Shown here one piece after another: positions 22,262 through 34,864 of a DNA stretch of 64,000 nucleotides. Below the pieces are notes generated by a model. The model did not search any database, was not told the origin of the DNA, and saw nothing but the letters and a program-made list of their open reading frames with translations. The position numbers and the translations under genes were made by a program. The stretch is from Balanoglossus misakiensis (Eukaryota; Animalia; Hemichordata). The DNA lies in assembly GCA_040954595.2 (NCBI GenBank), contig CM082581.2:6688699-6752698 (forward strand). Direction: 5' to 3'. How positions within the stretch are numbered: position 1 is the stretch's first letter; every line of letters starts with the position of its first letter.

Positions 22262-25200
22262 ATGTCGTGTGCGGACGTTTTGGTGACGGTGCCAGCGAGC
22301 GTAACAGACGTCAATGTTGGTGTGGTCGTCGTGTGTGCAATCTTGGGGTTCATCATCGGTGTGATACTGTCCCTGCTCATCGCAAGATGCGTAATAAGAG
22401 ATATCGCAAGATCCAGAGTAAGTATGTGCAGTAATCGGTTGAATTCCTGCGTACAGAGGAGCATTACCAAATTGTTTATAATATACGCGTAGTCATGGAA
22501 ACGGACCTGTAGCTACTGCCATAGGAACCTGCCTAAAGATGCGGATCCCAATGTCCATTTGGGAAAGAACTGCGACTTTGCATATTGTACATACTGATGT
22601 CTGTGTCCAGCTCCCATCTTACTCTACGAAGAAAACAAGTTCAAATATTGCTTTTGACAAATCTTTTCAGGTCCAGGAGGAGGAGAAGGCAATGTTGCTG
22701 GAAAATGTCACTGATGAAAAAAGGTCATCTGTTGGTAATATTGACAAAGATGTAAGTATGGGGAAACAGAATAGGACAGGTATAGACATAAAGTGACAGA
22801 CAAACAGACATGGTGATACACACATAGTGCGACAGACATAATGACAGACATGTGGACCTATTAAGCACAATGAATGAAATGGTCAATTTGATATTGTAAA
22901 ATATTTTATAAGAGCTGTGGCTTCATTAAGGAATTTTATGGTAATACACATACTTCACTTGCATAGCTGCATTGCTATGAAATAGTCAACATACCCTAAA
23001 ATTTGTTTCAAAGCCATGGCTTCAATTAGGAATTTTATAGTACACTTCACTTGCATAGATATACCCGGTATATATAGCTATATCATGCACTCATATATCG
23101 TAGAACTTCTGAAGCCACTATGTTTCCCCTGCATTTAAACTGATAGTGAACTCTGTAGAATGAGAGGAAAATTGTAATAACAGATGTATGCGAACAATTT
23201 ACAATCTATAGGACAGACTTTCAAACAAACTTTTGATTCAGTGTTGAATCTTACATGAGGTAGGGTGTGCTAGATCCACATACCATGTCAGCTGAGCTGA
23301 GATCAACGCTTTGCAACACATTGAGATGTGGATTTAGCACTCCTAGAAACGTGTTCTATTAACTGTTATTCCTTGCAATGTTTTCTCTTACTTCCTATAC
23401 CGGGCAATCTGTCACACCCTGTGCTTTATAAAATGCTGTAAGAATATAACAAGCACATGCTGTAATTGTTCCCTAGTTTGGCTTTTGCGGAGAATTTCTG
23501 CCTAAAAGACTGCAATATGCACATAGAAGCTAGGAATATAAGTGTAAGCTTAGTTTTCGTAAAGGGACAAAGTCAGCATCTATGACGACGTTGTGTTGGT
23601 CATTTTTCTCACGTCAGAAGTTGTTTATGTTGTTCTGTTGAAAGAAACATGCTGGGTTGTCAGTTTTACTCACATTGTGTGTGTGGGAATAACCTGTGAA
23701 TACTAGATGATTTATGGTCTCTGATGGGATTGTATCAGAAATCATGGTATTAAAGTATGTGACGGACAGTTAGTATAAGTACATGCAGTGTTAGTCTTGT
23801 TTCAAGACTGTGATACTTGTAAATGCACTCATACATGGAACATGTCTGTTGGACAGACACGATGTGACTCAGCCTTGTCAATTCTTTACATCATGCCCAG
23901 AGGTGGTACTTAAACCAGACTCTTGTAAATAACTCAGAACGTAATTGTCCAGTGTTATATGTACGGTACAAACATAATGATTAGATAGTAACAGAAACAG
24001 CGAGTGTCGTAAGTCTTTAACTGGTTGAGAGTGGATTCATTAAGTGAGGCAGCATGTTTCAGTTCTCAGAACAACATAAACAACTTCAAATAAGAAAAAA
24101 AGAACAAAACAACGTCAAAAGATACCTACTTGTTGCCCTTTAACTTTTGGCTGATTCTGAAACGATTTAGTAAGGGACCGTGAGATTTAGTCAACAGTGT
24201 TGCCATACCCCCCGTTTATATCCAGGGACGTGACAGATTGCCCGTATGGCCCGGCCCTACCACCTGCATCTTCTCGCAGTGTTGTCAAAGCAACAAGGGC
24301 TACGAGTCGGATGACGAGTCTCCCAAACATAAAAAGGGGGCCAGGCGATTCAGCAGTGCCAGTGGGGACCGAGACAGCCAGGCGATGGAGAGGTATGATG
24401 AGGATGAAGCAGACGCGCCAGGGGAGGGGGTCATCATTGCGCTGACCAAAGCAAACAGGTAAACAACTCTTGGAGATGCAAGTCTCCAGGACATGACATA
24501 GTGTTGAACTGTACTATGAGATTCATCGTAGCAGCATATTAATGACAGAGAAGGCCTGGCATACTGATTGCCATTATTCATTGAAGTTTCAAATTCATGG
24601 AGCATTTTGTGGTGACACTTATTGACATTTAAAAAAATCATGGTCATAAGCAAGTTAGATCCCCAGTGTTTGTTAGTACATGTATGACAAAAACAGCTGT
24701 CTTTATTGCTTTTGTGATTGAAAACATTCCACTCCTTTCTCAGTTCTCAACATTACACTTTACGGTACACTAAAAAATTATAGTCATAGTCACCATTGTT
24801 CATCTGATCCTTCAACTGTAAAACACCGTTTTTCGTGATGTCCTTGCAGTGAGAAGACACAGACTGAACTGAGTGTTCAAGACATCAAATTAACAAAGGA
24901 CTTGGAGAATGAACTCCACGAACAGAAGGTTATGGTAAGCATGCAAAGTGTGACTTGTGAGTCTTTCATAATACTGGTATATGTATTGTGGCTGGGTTTA
25001 GAAACCACACCAAATGCTGATATCTTGCTAATTATTGTGACCTGTTTGATTGTTTTTCCCAGACCTTCCTGCAAGTGTTGTCCATCATTCTGAACAGATG
25101 TGTAAGTAAGGGAAAAATCGAACCTGACCAAGGAAATGAATACATGGAAAAAATGGAAAAGGTATGCCAGGAATTGAAAGGGAATGGGGGGGGGGGGGGG

Positions 25201-28200
25201 GGGGCGGGGGAGTGGAGCAATGAGCATAAACAATACACAAACAGAATAGGTGGAAATTTTTCAGTTTACACCATCATTTGCATATTGTTTGTTCATGTGC
25301 CAGTGCACCATGCAGGACATAGCCAGGTGTGCGTACCAGTTTGTCACTTAGACTGAGTTTGGAACAGCTCTGTTGTTTTCAACTGCATGCTTGGACCTGC
25401 ATACAAGGAAGTGGAGGTGAAAAGGCTAAGCATTGCCCTGGGGAAACTTTGTCTACTTTGAAATCAAAACATTGCAAAATAAATTTTTGTCTAAGAAGCA
25501 AACTACGTCTATCAAACTTTTTGTGAACTGAAGGACACAGATACATGTATATAACTATTTCTTGGGTTATGCCCGATCGCTTTTTATAATCTTCAACATT
25601 TTTTAATTTTTAGGAAATTCAAACTGAGGAAAGCAAGATTCAGGCCGAGTTGAAATATGCTGAAGATGAAATCCGAGAGAATGAACAACTTTCCAAGGAT
25701 CCTATCGCTCTGGAAGATGCTTTAGATAGACTGCGGCCAGCATACATCAGAAAAATGGTGAGTTTGCAGTGTCATGCAGGAGATTGCATTCTTTGAGACG
25801 TGTGTATATGATGTGATGAAATGACAAAGTGAAAGCTGTTGATCGTCCCCATCCGATAAGATTATTTCATTGACTTTTTCTCTTTTGTTACAACAGAATA
25901 GTGCAATCAAGACGGCCCAGATAAACCTTAGTGAAGATTTGTCACAAAACACTGAACTATCCCAGGATGAGGTGAGTTGATTTTTTATCCGCCAAAACTC
26001 CACCCAGAGAATGATCATACTCCAACAAATTAATCAACACAAAGTACATGTAATGTTCATGCATGATAACAATTATTAATTTTTACACTTCTTTTACTTG
26101 ATGTTCAATGTTTTGTCAACTTGTGTTTTATTTTGTTCTGCAGATCGAGGAAATCATGCAGAAAATAACAGAGAACATGGCTGCACTGGACAGACATCTT
26201 GGCGAGGAAGCTGCACGCCAGTCGATGGTAAGTGACACGACCCTTGTGCATTTGTCAGGCTGTCGTACTGAAATAATTCTCTCACAAAACAACGTTATGT
26301 ATTTGTTCATATGTGCCAAATAAAGGGTGTGCTCGAGCGACTGTGGTTAAAAACACCTTTGTCGTTTTTCCGAGCAGAGATTGCAAGAAAGACTCGCAAG
26401 AAGACAAGCCATGGTTGAGAAGTGGAAGAAGAACGGAGACCAAGAGAAGGAGACCAACAGATCTCGAGTTGATAACCACTACAAAAATATGGATAAACTG
26501 ATTGATGATAGACTCTTGTTGGATGGTCAGCGAGAAAGGTATAGTGGCCATTTTTCTTCCGTTGCAGGGTTCTGTAAAACAATGAATCCAAGGTGGATTT
26601 AGCTTTGATATTTTGATATTTTAGGCATGTGCTGTATTATTTGAATTCACTGATTTTGGCAGAGCATTTGTGCCAGAATACATCAACCATGTTTGTGTGG
26701 AGTATAATGCCATGTTTTGGTTTGTTTTGTTTTGCAGCATAATGAGGCAGTATGAAGCTGATCTCGCTCAGTTGCAAGAGAACCATGAAGCTGGTAAGAA
26801 TTTGATCATCAGTTAGATTGACAGTCATTTCACAAAAGATTACAGTTATATTGAAAAGATATGTCCAGAGTACAAATATAGCGTTTCAACATACCACTGA
26901 TCACTTGAAATTTCCTTTTGTCGAATTGTCCTCAAAATCATTTGATACAACAATTTTAAGGGAGAGTGTAATCGTATATGTTTCTAAACACGCTCCATTT
27001 GCTGACTAAATGCAAGGATCTGGAATTTGAGAATAATCTGAAAGCGAGATCTTGTTACCCATACACACCTGTGCAGTATTCTTACCCATTCACTCTGATT
27101 TCGGAAGTTCATTATGTCTTTGTCTTTTTTTTGTACAGAGTTATTGAGACAGAGTCGCACACTGGCAGAAAAGTTGCAGCAGCAGAGAGAAAAACGAGTG
27201 AAAAAACTGGAAGTTAAACATCAGGAGCAGAGGGAGTCCTTGGTCAGCAGAGCTAGCCAAGTAGCTGACCCTAAAGACTTTGTTAATGTAAGTTCCTTCG
27301 TATTGTGTAGATTTTCTGCACAAATCTTGTTACGTAACAAAGCTGTGTTTTAGATGTTGTGCCTCGTCAGTTACACAACTTAACAGACACACAATCCATT
27401 CCGTATCTCCCCAGGACCTTGGCGACCATTAATATCTACTCAAAAATTTGTTTTATTCAACAGGCTTACCATGCGTTGTCACAACAACAAAGAGAAGAGA
27501 GGAACCAATTTGCTGAAGAGCTGGATCACAAAGAATCCGAAGAACTTGAAAATTTGAGATTGGTAAGACATCTTTGTTGAATAAATTCATCGATTGAGAT
27601 GTGTATAAAAAAACAAAAAATGTGTATAATTGTGTGGTTGGGGGCGCTGTACATTTCTCGTCTCATTGCTTCAACTTGACATTGCAGCAACTTCAAGGTC
27701 AACGGGAAGAGGAGTTGGAAAAACAGGAGGAGTCTCTGTATGAATTGCTTGCACAGAGAGCCAGACTGACGGAGAAAGAGACGGAAAAACTCATGAAGAA
27801 ACATGATGCCAACATGAAAGCACATAATGGTAATATTTCTATGATTTTGGTGATTAAAAACATTAATTTGTGTGATAGAAGTACCTTCTAACAGGGCAAT
27901 GTTTGTTTGAGAGTGGTATATAGCTTATGGTAAAAATATGACAATTGTATTTTGAACTTTGCAGAGCATGTAGAGAAAGAAAGGAAACGTCAGCGTGCCA
28001 TGATGCAAGAACAGCTGGCGGAGAAAAAGAGGAAATGGGAGGAAGAGACCAGACAGCTGCAGTCGGAGAACAAAGCTTTGCTCGACCAACAGGAAGCTGC
28101 TGTTCAGAAAGTCTTGGCAACTCAGAGTGGATTGGATGAAGAGTGAGTATCTGCAGAGTCGAATATATTGCATTGTGCGTGTCCCACACTTTGGCCCCTC

Positions 28201-31200
28201 ACTCTTGTATTTTTGACACTCTCAAATACCTGCATGTATGTGTGAGTGTGGTGTGTGGGTGTCCTACTTTATATTACAGACTGAAAGATTTTTACTCATT
28301 TTCTCTGATTATTTTGCAGAGCTCGTCGTGCCATTATGATGAACCATGAAATGAATGTGCAGGCTTTAAGTAACCAGCTTCAGATGACAAAGATACGACA
28401 ACAGAAAATGTAAGTCTCTAATTAAACTTTTAAATGACATTAATCGAGTGATTTTGAAAATATCAGTGAAGCTGTACAATATTCTGGATTGCCTGTGACA
28501 TGTGTCCCGTACTTGCTTTTCTTGTGGAAGTGAGCAAGTGAGATTATATACTGAAACTGTTATCCAACCAAATAAACTTGACTGATTTCAGCTTGGAGGC
28601 TAAACTGAACAGACGAAAGGCGCGCATCGAAACATTGAAGAAGAAACAGGAAGAGGAGATTCTGGCCAAACGGGATGCACCGGAGAAAGAAATCGCCAAA
28701 TTGGAAAAGAAACATGTAAGTAACATTCAGCATGTCAGCACATACAACACAGACTTCAGGGATTTCAAGCGCCACAAGAAATTATAGTTGATGCACAATG
28801 ATAATTTCATGAATTTTAATTTAACCACAATTTATTTTTACCATGTATGTTCACAGGCGTCTGAGATGGACATTGAGATGAAAGCCTTGGAGGAGGACAG
28901 AAGCAAGGCGGTTCTGGATTTGAGGAGACGCCTCGCCATGGAAACAGAAGAAGCTTTGAAGGCCCAGGATGAACAGATGAGTCTGTTGATCGGTAAACTG
29001 ACCATGGGCCAGGCCAGAAGAAAGGGAATCATAGCCAAACAAGACAAAGCTATCAAAGAGTTACAGGTAAGGGTAGGAGAGGTGTAAATCTGCAAGTAAC
29101 AGACTGAACCTTTTTCTGTATGCATGTAAAGAAATTTAGAAAAATTGGTGACTACTTTGCATAAATCTGCATAAATGTGAATAAATCTGCTTGATTGGTC
29201 AAAACAGGAACAAATAACAGAAGCTGTGGCAAATGATGAGAGTGACCTTGCCAACAAGAAAACCGAGAAGATTCTCGACCGACATCTGAAGCATGTAGAA
29301 GACCTGCAGGAGAGAATGGCTGAAGAGAGAGAAAGTCAGATGAGGATGCTCAAGGAGAAGTTTGAAGCCAGGAAACTGAAAAAAGAAAGGTGGGTGTGAA
29401 ATGGCAGTCTTTGTCTGCGTAAACTGTGACCTTTGCCTGAAGTTAATGAAATGACTTAGAGAAAGAATTAGCCGTTTAGATCATTAGAGTAAAAATGTTC
29501 ATTTCACATTGACTTCCAGGGAGGCTGAAATGAAAATTGCTGAAGAGAAAAATGCACCAGCTTCTTCAAAGAAGAAATCAATGTAAGTTGTTCGATGTTC
29601 GCAACTCATATCAATCAGCTGTTGAAATTTGTCATGCCTTCAAGCTAAACAAACTCAACAATATGGTTCAAGCATTGCTTGTCATTATAAAAAATGACTG
29701 CATTTGTGTGTTAGTGAACAAATTGGTGTTAGCATGTCTTTGGTGACAGAAATACTGGCTGTGGTTTCAGTTTGCATGCAATGTTTAACAAAATTACCCA
29801 TCATTCCATGGTGTTCCTTTGACCCTAAATGTGACCCCATCTGTAATCCTAGTTCCACCTTAATGTTGCGTTGTTTCTATTTATTAATGCTGTAACAGTT
29901 CCACCAACGACAACAAAGGCTATGCGTAAGTGAATACACACCCTCCAAAAAAAAGAAAAAGAAAAATCAACTTCATGAAATCAATTTCAGTCTAAAGTTA
30001 ATGTTCTAATTGCAGTCTAGCAATCATTCACAGCTTTTGCATGGTGTGAAACATTTCTCACTTACTGTTAAATTCTTCATTTTCACTAGAATAAAATATC
30101 TGTAATGTTAAAGTGAACTTAATTACTTTACCGTAATTTGCCGCAGTAGTAGGTTTTAAAATACTAGTAAAGTCAGGAAGCATTATTTCAGTCATTCAGA
30201 AGGGTGGCCAGTATTTTTCAAATCTTTCTGGTCGGTCTTGTTCATTGCAATCGCAGAGAAAAATGATGAAAAGTGTGGGCAACGAACTTGGTGACCCGAT
30301 CACCCACACAGGGGAAATAACTTTAACCCTTTCACCCCCAGTTCCCTCTTCAGATGTCCAACCTTACCATAGAAAACAATGTGATTGGACTGATCCATGG
30401 CGGTGAAAGGGTTAAAAGGAGAGGATTTAGAAAGTAGTGTTGTGGAATATGAGTTCTAAGTTTGCTTTTCTGGAAATTTCTGCAGTTATCTGCTTTCTGT
30501 CTTTGCATTTTTTTTTGCATTTTCAGTTTCAAATGATTCAAGTTTCTTTGCTTGCAGAAAGTCTCCTTTGAGTGTTGCCTCTTAATCATTTCACCCATTT
30601 CAGCAATCACTTTTGGCTGCCATAGTTAAGGAGCAGATAACTCTGTGTGGTTTCAATGAAAGAATTCTTGCTTTTCTCTTGTTGTATGTTGTATTCACCC
30701 AATGGGAAAGTTGACTTAATTTGGCTCTGACATTTGACACACAGGTCTGCTGCGAACGTAATGAATAGATTGTTGATGGATCAGAGACACAAGAAAACCT
30801 TGGCTGATTTGGAAAAGGAACTCAAACTAGAAATGACACAGCAGAAGGAGGAGCTCGACCAACTCCTTGAAGAACAGATGAAGAAAGAACTTGAGGTAAT
30901 ATGCAGTACGATCTCACCAGACTCTTTGTTAAACGTGTGTATGGTATATGCATCGCATATAATAGGAAGATTTACAAAACTTACCTAAATTCTGATCCAA
31001 CAGAACTTAGTGAATCTTTGGAAATGTGATGTGTTTGTTGAATTCCAACTGCTGTATTTTGGTTGGTGTAGTTGTTGAGTTGTTCTTTTTTATGGAAATG
31101 TATCCTTACCATCTTTCCCTTATTTTTCTTTCCTGTCTCAATCAGGATCGTGAAAAGGACTTGTTATCACAACTGGCGGTGGTTGGCAACTTGAGTAAAA

Positions 31201-31556
31201 ATGAACTCAATCAGATGGTTCACAATGCAGTTGAAGGTAAATTATATACCTGCATCCCGAAAATTTTAGTCTGAATTTTGGTACCACAAAAGTTTTAGTG
31301 ACATACAGTGTGGCCTTATGAGTTTGGTATTTCATAAAGACTTTGCCTCTATGAGTCCAGTGTTCTCCAACATCATCATGTACGACTTTCTTTTGTCACA
31401 GAGGGAGGAGGCAGTGAGAAGCAGGCTCGTAAACTGACAAAGGATCTGACGCAGAGAATCAAAAGTGCCAGAACACGAGGTGAACTTGACTTCGACGAAG
31501 AGGAAGATGAGGATGAATATCACTCTCAGAGGAGGCGACAGACAAAATCTAAATAG
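22262..31556 (+). CDS. EVC: EVC (Ellis-van Creveld complex subunit 1), multi-exon, N-terminal TM plus long coiled coils
   Basis: Exon 1 (22262-22417) encodes MSCADV...VNVGVVVVCAILGFIIGVILSLLIARCV, an N-terminal signal-anchor. About 20 short coiled-coil exons follow, e.g. MAALDRHLGEEAARQSM|RLQERLARRQAM, LQQQREKRVKKLEVKHQEQRESLVSRA, HVEKERKRQRAMMQEQLAEKKR. The last exon (31402-31556) ends RRRQTKSK*. Divergent from EVC2, as in vertebrates. Confidence 0.8.
23267..23340. repeat. intronic inverted repeat / hairpin, probably a transposon remnant
   Basis: gtgctagatccacat (23267-23281) and atgtggatttagcac (23326-23340) are 14/15 complementary. Confidence 0.55.
29899..29925 (+). CDS. EVC: 27-nt in-frame microexon of EVC (I-STNDNKGY-A)
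   Basis: taatgctgtaacag|ttccaccaacgacaacaaaggctatgc|gtaagt. Phase 2-2, in frame between exon 29520-29582 and the exon starting at 30745. Confidence 0.55.
30323..30415 (+). mobile_element. piggyBac-type MITE (~90 bp), copy 1
   Basis: TTAA-CCCTTTCACC...GGTGAAAGGG-TTAA: terminal inverted repeats with TTAA target-site duplication, in an EVC intron. Confidence 0.8.
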
Positions 31557-34500
31557 AAGCACATGCAATTCAATGATGAGTGCCAAAACTGGCCAAACGT
31601 AAATTGTGAGATTGATGAACATGAACATATCTAAGAAATAATTTGATTAAATCAACATTGTTCTCAAGATTGAATAGTCATTCCATTAAATATCTGTAAG
31701 TACTTAGTTCATACAAATGAAGATAGAAGATTCATGATTGACTCATTGAAAACATTTGTATGCCAACAAAATTCTAGTTTGGAGTAATTTGCAGAAATCC
31801 AACTTTTTTTAAACACAAATAAGATTAGTTTGAAATATTTGCACAGGGTTAAAACCTGCCACATCTCAGAATGTTTTCTGTACTGTATGTAATCTATAGA
31901 GATACAGATCTACATTTGTGTTATTTGATTGACATTAAAATAAACTTCACAGATTTTCTTATTCGTAATATGAACTGTAAAATACATTTGTAAATTTTTT
32001 GTGTACTCAAGCTTTTCAGATGCTGTGCACTTTAAGAACTTTTTTTTGATACCACCCCTATTTTGTATATAATGGTACATGCCACTACATGAATCATTAG
32101 GATTCATTGGAAGATATAATTATTATGATGGTGGCGGGGAGAAGCTGCACGCAAATGTATGATATGTAAGTATCAACTTGTAGATTTTGTACAAAGGGTT
32201 ATTTTCAGCAGTTGTATATTTATCTCCATGAGTACAGGTTGACACCATTCTCAGGAAAAAGTGCCAAATATCATATTTCAACTTTGAGATTGTCATGGAA
32301 TTTGTAACTGTACTGTGATTTGATATGAACATGTCATTTGTGCGAAAATCCATATGTAGATACATGTATTTGTTAATAAACAAACTCTTCACTTACATGA
32401 ATGTCATGTTTTGCATTTTTGACATTTTAATCTGTAGATGATGGGCTGTGAGTCGAGTAAATAAAGCACTTGAGACAAGACATCTACGATTGTTTTGAAT
32501 TTGCACAGTAGCAAAATTTAATTCACTTTTGATCAGAATCATCATTAAGACTAATACAAAAATAAAAGAAAAAAAATAAGCTGATCGAACATTTTTAATA
32601 AAGAGTCCCTGAAATCATGAAATATAAAACAACATGAATTATAGTATTCTAGAAAATAATTTTACAAAACACAAAATTTGGCAAATTATGGCTAAATGAG
32701 CTGTAATATTAAATCATCTCAAACTATTGAGCTACGGCTCAGGGCAACAAAGCTATACTGGCCCTCTGACAAAATGGTTTCGTCTTGTATTTCATTGGGT
32801 CTCGACCAAACCATTTCCACAGTGGAGGTGGAAGGTCTTATAAGTAGGGACACTGCTACAGATCTCTGTACGAGGGGACAGAAGAGTTACTATGGCTACA
32901 GTATGAGCAGAAAATATAGAATACACACACATATATATATACAACAGAAAAGTCCTTCCAAAGCTCATCAGCATACTGTATAAATTACGACAGACAAAAC
33001 ACAAATTTACTATGAATCAAAAATTCAAATATCTAGTTCTATTATATTGATACATCCACAATAATCAAATTCCATATCTTTATTTATTTAAAAAAATGCA
33101 ATCAGGCTTCATTAATTTAGCAAACACACTTACACTTCTCATATTGTAATGAGTAAATACATAGTTATGAGTCATGGTACACATTCGTTTTCCAAAGGCA
33201 TAATAAGAAATTTCCCAGCTTGAAATAAGCTATTATTCACATCCATACCTTTATAAGCACAATACATGAATCCCAGAATTTGGGTGGAGTACAGTACAAA
33301 CAAATCTGTGCATAAATTAACATAGAAATATACATATACGTTTCACGTTCATTCATGTCAGACTCTGTACCATTATAACACGACTTTTTCAGCATATGTT
33401 GCTGATGGGACGTGCACAGTAAATTGTCAGCACGCAACATTTATTCTGAATTAGGACTTTTTGTTTTGCCAACTCCAAAACTCCTGATCAGTAAACTTAA
33501 AATAATACAAGATTCAATTTAATTCTCATTGGACATAGGATTAGTAAGAACTTTGGCATGTATGTATGGACAGTGCCCTATAGTGGGGTCAGTTGAAGCT
33601 ACATCTGATCATAATCCGTTTTGTCTAAATTTATTCGGAATACTGATACATGCCTATCATGTAAAGCCTCACAATCTTCAATTTGTTTTAGAATATGGTT
33701 CTGGTATCATTTTTTTTTTCATATATTCCTCACGCAACATATAAGGTGTGATTCATGTTTTTGTTAAGGTAGTCTATGCTGGGTTAAATACCAGCATGAT
33801 AAGGGGCCTCTAAGTAATTATCAGTAATATGACCACTGTGTGTACCTCTGGTACTGATTGACTGAAGTGTGATTTGCATAATTTTGTAGCAATTTGCAAC
33901 AATTTCACTTCTCACCTGCTGTGATTTCACAAATGACATTTGGCTCTCAAGTTTACCATAAAATGCAAATATGTGAATATTTATTAATGAAGAAAGGTGT
34001 ATAATGATAGGGTGATATACGTAAAATACAGCCATGTATGGACTTGGGCTCCATACACGATATACTGGAGTCTGTCAGCAATGGCTCATTCAGTATGTCA
34101 CACAGAACCCTTGTCTAATACGAATACATGTATGTATTTTGTGTATAACCCTACTGAATTGTGATTCTAAGTACTCATGGAAAAAAATAATTTTAATAAC
34201 ACAGCAATTGAAACTTTTGTATTTAACCATCCCTCACTATTTTTGTGTGTCTATACACTGGATCAGTGTATTTAGTATGTAACATAAATAGTGAAAGTTT
34301 AAACTCTGTGTACCTTTTACACTCTACAATGAAAGCTCAAGTAAGTACACTCAGTTTTGCATTTTGTAAGTACATATAACACCAATTTATTCCAATCACT
34401 GAATTTATGATTTTTTTCTACTTCATTCAATACTTGAAACATTTAATTTTCTGAGAATTTTTGCCAATTTCATTTTGGCATGTGTCTTTCTTTTCTGCAA

Positions 34501-34864
34501 TCACAATTTTGTTCATGACAAAGATGACGATTATATATGGACTTTACAGTGGACATAAATATCAAGGTTTGTTTTGTACAAGAAAGTTGATAGTGCACTG
34601 AAAATTAAAATGAAATACAAAACAGCTGCAACGAGGTAGAACCTAGGTTGACAATCACAAATAAAACACTATCAATTACACATATTACACTGTTTCATCC
34701 ATGCGTGAAATTGACACTGTCAGAAATTGACATTGTATATGACATTGACTTTTGGATTTGGTTGCAATCCTTGAACCTATATGTAACGGCCCCCTGGCAA
34801 ACTATTCTTGTCTTCAAAGTGAGATGTTTATCTGCCAATCAGCCTTGCACTTTTTCGTCAATCC

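Noticed and set aside
22917-23058. Diverged ~45-bp direct duplication in EVC intron 2
   Set aside because: Ordinary local duplication with no structural or coding signal.
25186-25210. Poly-G tract as a functional G-quadruplex (also poly-C at ~1655, ~59277, ~60812)
   Set aside because: Simple homopolymer runs recur in this window and their lengths are error-prone; no supporting evidence of function.
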